Of a stretch of DNA of 64,000 nt, positions 61,362 to 64,000 are shown piece by piece. Location: contig CAIXMB010000038.1 in the NCBI GenBank assembly GCA_903920435.1, positions 13,563-77,562 on the forward strand. Reading direction: 5' to 3'. A model generated the notes under the pieces. It was not told where the DNA came from. It ran no database searches and was given only the letters and a program-made list of their open reading frames with translations. Positions within the stretch are counted from its first letter, which is position 1. Every line of letters starts with the position of its first letter. Source of the stretch: an uncultured Actinomycetes bacterium. GTDB lineage: Bacteria; Actinomycetota; Actinomycetes; Actinomycetales; Microbacteriaceae. The translations under genes and the position numbers were made by a program.

Positions 61362-62051
61362 TCAATCGGGCAATGCGCTGAAGTCGGTGCGGCCGGCCAC
61401 GACGGATGCGGCGAGCTCGCCGATGGGCATCCCCGTCGCGAATGCCCGGCTCCTCAACCGCGTGAGTGCCTCGGTGGCCGAGACCTCCAGTTGCGCCTGG
61501 ATCATCCCCGTCGCCTGGTGCACCTCGCGGCGCAGCGCCGGGGCCACGTCGTTCTCGGCGGCGTGGGGATCGTCGGCCATCCGTGTCGCCATGCGCACGG
61601 CGGCGATGGCTACTCGGTCTGCCATGGACGAGGCCAGCGAGATCTGATGCGCATCGAGCCACCGGGGGTGCGCGCAGTAGAGGTCGACGACGCCGACCGT
61701 CGCGGCACCGATCCTCATCGGGAAGGCGAAGGCCGCGGCGATCCCGGCGTCCTGGGCGGCCCCGGCGAACACGGGCCACGACCCCGAGAGGGCCTTGGTG
61801 ATGTCAGGGCACATGACGGGGGCTCCGGTGGCCAGCGCCTCCCAGTGCGGCCCCTCGCCCAGCTCGAACTGGAGGCTCTCCGCACGGGCGGCTGTCGCGT
61901 CGCTGGCGCAGACCGTCACCTGGCTGCCCGCGAAGTCGAAGACCGAGATCGAGGCGCCATCGACGAAGAGGCCGGTCACGAAGGGTTCGCACAGGCCGTG
62001 CCCGCGCAGCGTCGAGTCGAACGGGACGATGGGAGTGGATGCGGCTGACAC
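61362..62051 (-). CDS. GAF-ANTAR RNA-binding regulator
   Basis: QFELGEGPHWEA, WPVF, RREVHQATGMIQAQL..ATEALTRLRSRAF. Confidence 0.92.
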   Translation of the reverse strand: MSAASTPIVPFDSTLRGHGLCEPFVTGLFVDGASISVFDFAGSQVTVCASDATAARAESLQFELGEGPHWEALATGAPVMCPDITKALSGSWPVFAGAAQDAGIAAAFAFPMRIGAATVGVVDLYCAHPRWLDAHQISLASSMADRVAIAAVRMATRMADDPHAAENDVAPALRREVHQATGMIQAQLEVSATEALTRLRSRAFATGMPIGELAASVVAGRTDFSALPD

Positions 62052-62146
62052 GGGTCGCTTTCAACGAGAAATCGTTGCGCAAGAGGACCCGGGCATGATC
62101 GGAGGAGCCCAGACGCGGGAAGCGCCTTACCTCCCACGATAGTCGC

Positions 62147-62680
62147 TCACTTCGTGGCGAACACCACCACCCGCGATGAGTGCTGTCGTAGACGAACTGC
62201 AGCGCCGTCCCGAGCCCCGAGAAGGAATTCGAGTCGGGCGCCATGTCCTGGGTCGAGTACACGTTCAAGCACACACTGTCGCGGCCACCGCTGAGGTAGC
62301 TGAAGCCGCCCCTCGTCACGACCGACGTCATGCCGTGGAACTCGTCGAACCCGTCGACTGTGCCGCCCTCGGCCTCTGTCACCGTGTAGACCTCCGGGAT
62401 GTCGAATGACGAGTCGATCGAGAGTCGCGCGACCTGCTGGGCACCCGCCCCCAGGGGATGGGATTGGACTCTCTCCACCACTACCAACGAGGTGATCACG
62501 ACCGCGGCCACGGCTGCGACACTCAGCACGATAACGACGGTGGAGCGACGGATGCGGCTCGCCCGCGTGAGCGACCAGCGCGCCGCGCGCGGGCGACTCG
62601 TCGGGGGTCTCCTCGAGCAGCACGGTGGTGGTCGGCAGCTGTGGAGAGTCTGCACGAGCACCCTCCTGTCTCCGTACCAT
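62147..62680 (-). pseudogene. Membrane-anchored protein gene with two apparent compensating frameshifts
   Basis: Coding-like N-terminus (..LLEETPDESP) and C-terminus (VVVFATK*) in one frame; TM plus ectodomain (STVVIVLSV..FDEFHG..CLNVY..LQFVYDSTH) in another; shifts near 62590 and 62172. Confidence 0.6.
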
Positions 62681-62709
62681 ACATGCATGGCCAGAATAGT
62701 GTGGTGCTC

Positions 62710-62856
62710 ATGAGTCAACTCACGGGCGCCGTCATCATCCTGCTCATCGCCATCCCGGTAGCGCTCGCGTGCTACGTCGGTGCTGCCCTGGCCCGGGAGG
62801 CGCGCACGATCCGTGAGTCGGCGAGGGCCAGCCGACGGAAACGAGGAGACACATGA
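62710..62856 (+). CDS. 48-aa single-TM small protein
   Basis: MSQLTGAVIILLIAIPVALACYVGAALAREARTIRESARASRRKRGDT*; TAGTGT 7 nt upstream; ATGA overlap with bacteriocin gene. Confidence 0.65.
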   Translation: MSQLTGAVIILLIAIPVALACYVGAALAREARTIRESARASRRKRGDT

Positions 62857-63152
62857 AAGCAGTGAAGAAGGTCGGCATCGTTGCCGCGATCACCGCAGCG
62901 CTTGCGCTCGTACAGGTCGGGGTCGCCGCGGCGACCACGGTGCAGGTGGGCGGCGGCCTGTGGTCGTACGGCACGACCACCGACGTCGTGTACTCGAACT
63001 ACCACCACGGCGGCGCGTACCACAGCGCGACCGCCTGCAACCAGGCGGCGTTCGACAAGTGCCACCAGTCGGCGGCCGCTCCGGGGGCGTGGGCGAACGC
63101 CTCCAACGTGCGGACGCTGTGGGGCAACACCGCCTACTGGAACACCTACTAG
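62853..63152 (+). CDS. Lactococcin 972-family bacteriocin precursor
   Basis: Sec signal ending VAAA; mature GGGLWSYG..VYSNYHH..YHSAT..GAWANAS..GNTAYWN; SD GAGGAG. Confidence 0.88.
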   Translation: MKAVKKVGIVAAITAALALVQVGVAAATTVQVGGGLWSYGTTTDVVYSNYHHGGAYHSATACNQAAFDKCHQSAAAPGAWANASNVRTLWGNTAYWNTY

Positions 63153-63162
63153 GCGCCCGGCA

Positions 63163-63738
63163 ATGCGCGCAGCACTGGTGCTCGGCATCGTGGCGCTCAT
63201 CGCGGCACCGCTTGCCGGATGCAGCGCTGCCGCGCCGAGTTCACCGCAGGAAGGCCCGGGGGCCGCACCGGCCGGCAGGTTCACCGGTCCCTGGGCCGAC
63301 CTCTTCGAGAGCACGTACGCGCAGACCACCTCCGACGACGAGCTGCGCGCCCTCGAGGATGGCGAGATCACCGCAGAGGAGTACGCGTACTTCCAGGGCC
63401 GCATCGTCGAGTGCCTCGCGGGCCTCGGCATCGACGGCCACTTCAACCCCGACGGGTCGCTCGACTACTCGAACGCGAAAGACGTCAGCCAGGAGGCGAT
63501 CCGCGACTGCAACCTCGACAACGGCATCCGCATCCTGACCCTCCATGACGCGATCGTGCGCAACCCCACCCATCGGGACGAGACCGACATCATGCTCGAG
63601 TGCCTCCAGCGCGAAGGGGTGGTGGGTGCCGGCTACACGCGCGCCGACCTCGAGAACGGGGTCGATCTCGATGCGCTCGGCGACGACCCCGCGTTCGCCG
63701 GATGCGCGGCCGACCCGCTCGGGTACGGGGTCGACTGA
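63163..63738 (+). CDS. Lipoprotein of unknown function
   Basis: Lipobox LAGC; four further Cys (VECL, RDCN, LECL, AGCA); 10 nt after bacteriocin stop. Confidence 0.85.
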   Translation: MRAALVLGIVALIAAPLAGCSAAAPSSPQEGPGAAPAGRFTGPWADLFESTYAQTTSDDELRALEDGEITAEEYAYFQGRIVECLAGLGIDGHFNPDGSLDYSNAKDVSQEAIRDCNLDNGIRILTLHDAIVRNPTHRDETDIMLECLQREGVVGAGYTRADLENGVDLDALGDDPAFAGCAADPLGYGVD

Positions 63739-64000
63739 ATGCGGCACTGGGCGGTGATCGCACTCGTCGGCCTTATCGCGGGCGCGGCACTCGGCTGTGC
63801 CGTCTTCGTCGCGCTCGTGCCGGGCGAGGGGCCCGCGTCGCTCGCGAGCGCCGGAGAACTCGACATGGTCGAGCCGTCGACCATGGAGTACGACGATGCG
63901 CGGGAGGTCACGATCACCCTCACGCTCGAGACGGGGTCGGGGGTGCGCAGCCCGCGGGCGGGCATCCTGACCGCGACCAGCTGCGTACCGGGACAGGCAG
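63739..64000 (+). CDS. Membrane-anchored adaptor-like protein (possibly peptidoglycan-binding / MFP-like), 3'-truncated by window
   Basis: ATG abuts previous stop; N-terminal TM then YDDAREVTITL...RSPRAGILTATSCVPG. Confidence 0.6.
   Translation, partial: MRHWAVIALVGLIAGAALGCAVFVALVPGEGPASLASAGELDMVEPSTMEYDDAREVTITLTLETGSGVRSPRAGILTATSCVPGQA

Overview
High-GC actinobacterial chromosome segment; gene content and style suggest Microbacteriaceae (inference). Mostly conserved core backbone: peptide ABC transporter, typA, efeUOB with an IdeR/DtxR-like box, an mshB-like fusion, fdxA-dapC, gltA, dapD/dapE, tatB-like, mrp-DUF1003-MgtE-like, pepP, PHP, DEAD-box helicase, adnAB, nudC, uvrD2, zincin, PDZ-Lon, UPF0182 and initiator tRNA-Met. 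Accessory content: (i) an aldehyde dehydrogenase / GPH-type MFS / sphingosine-1-phosphate-lyase-like module; (ii) after tRNA-fMet, a region with two GAF-ANTAR genes, a doubly frameshifted gene and a lactococcin-972-like bacteriocin operon that runs off the window. Window-wide: the octamer CGGATGCC/GGCATCCG is strongly over-represented with no strand bias, and many genes look leaderless (TANNNT 5-8 nt before the start codon). No CRISPR array, integrase or transposase seen. All family calls come from visual motif recognition; no database searches were run.
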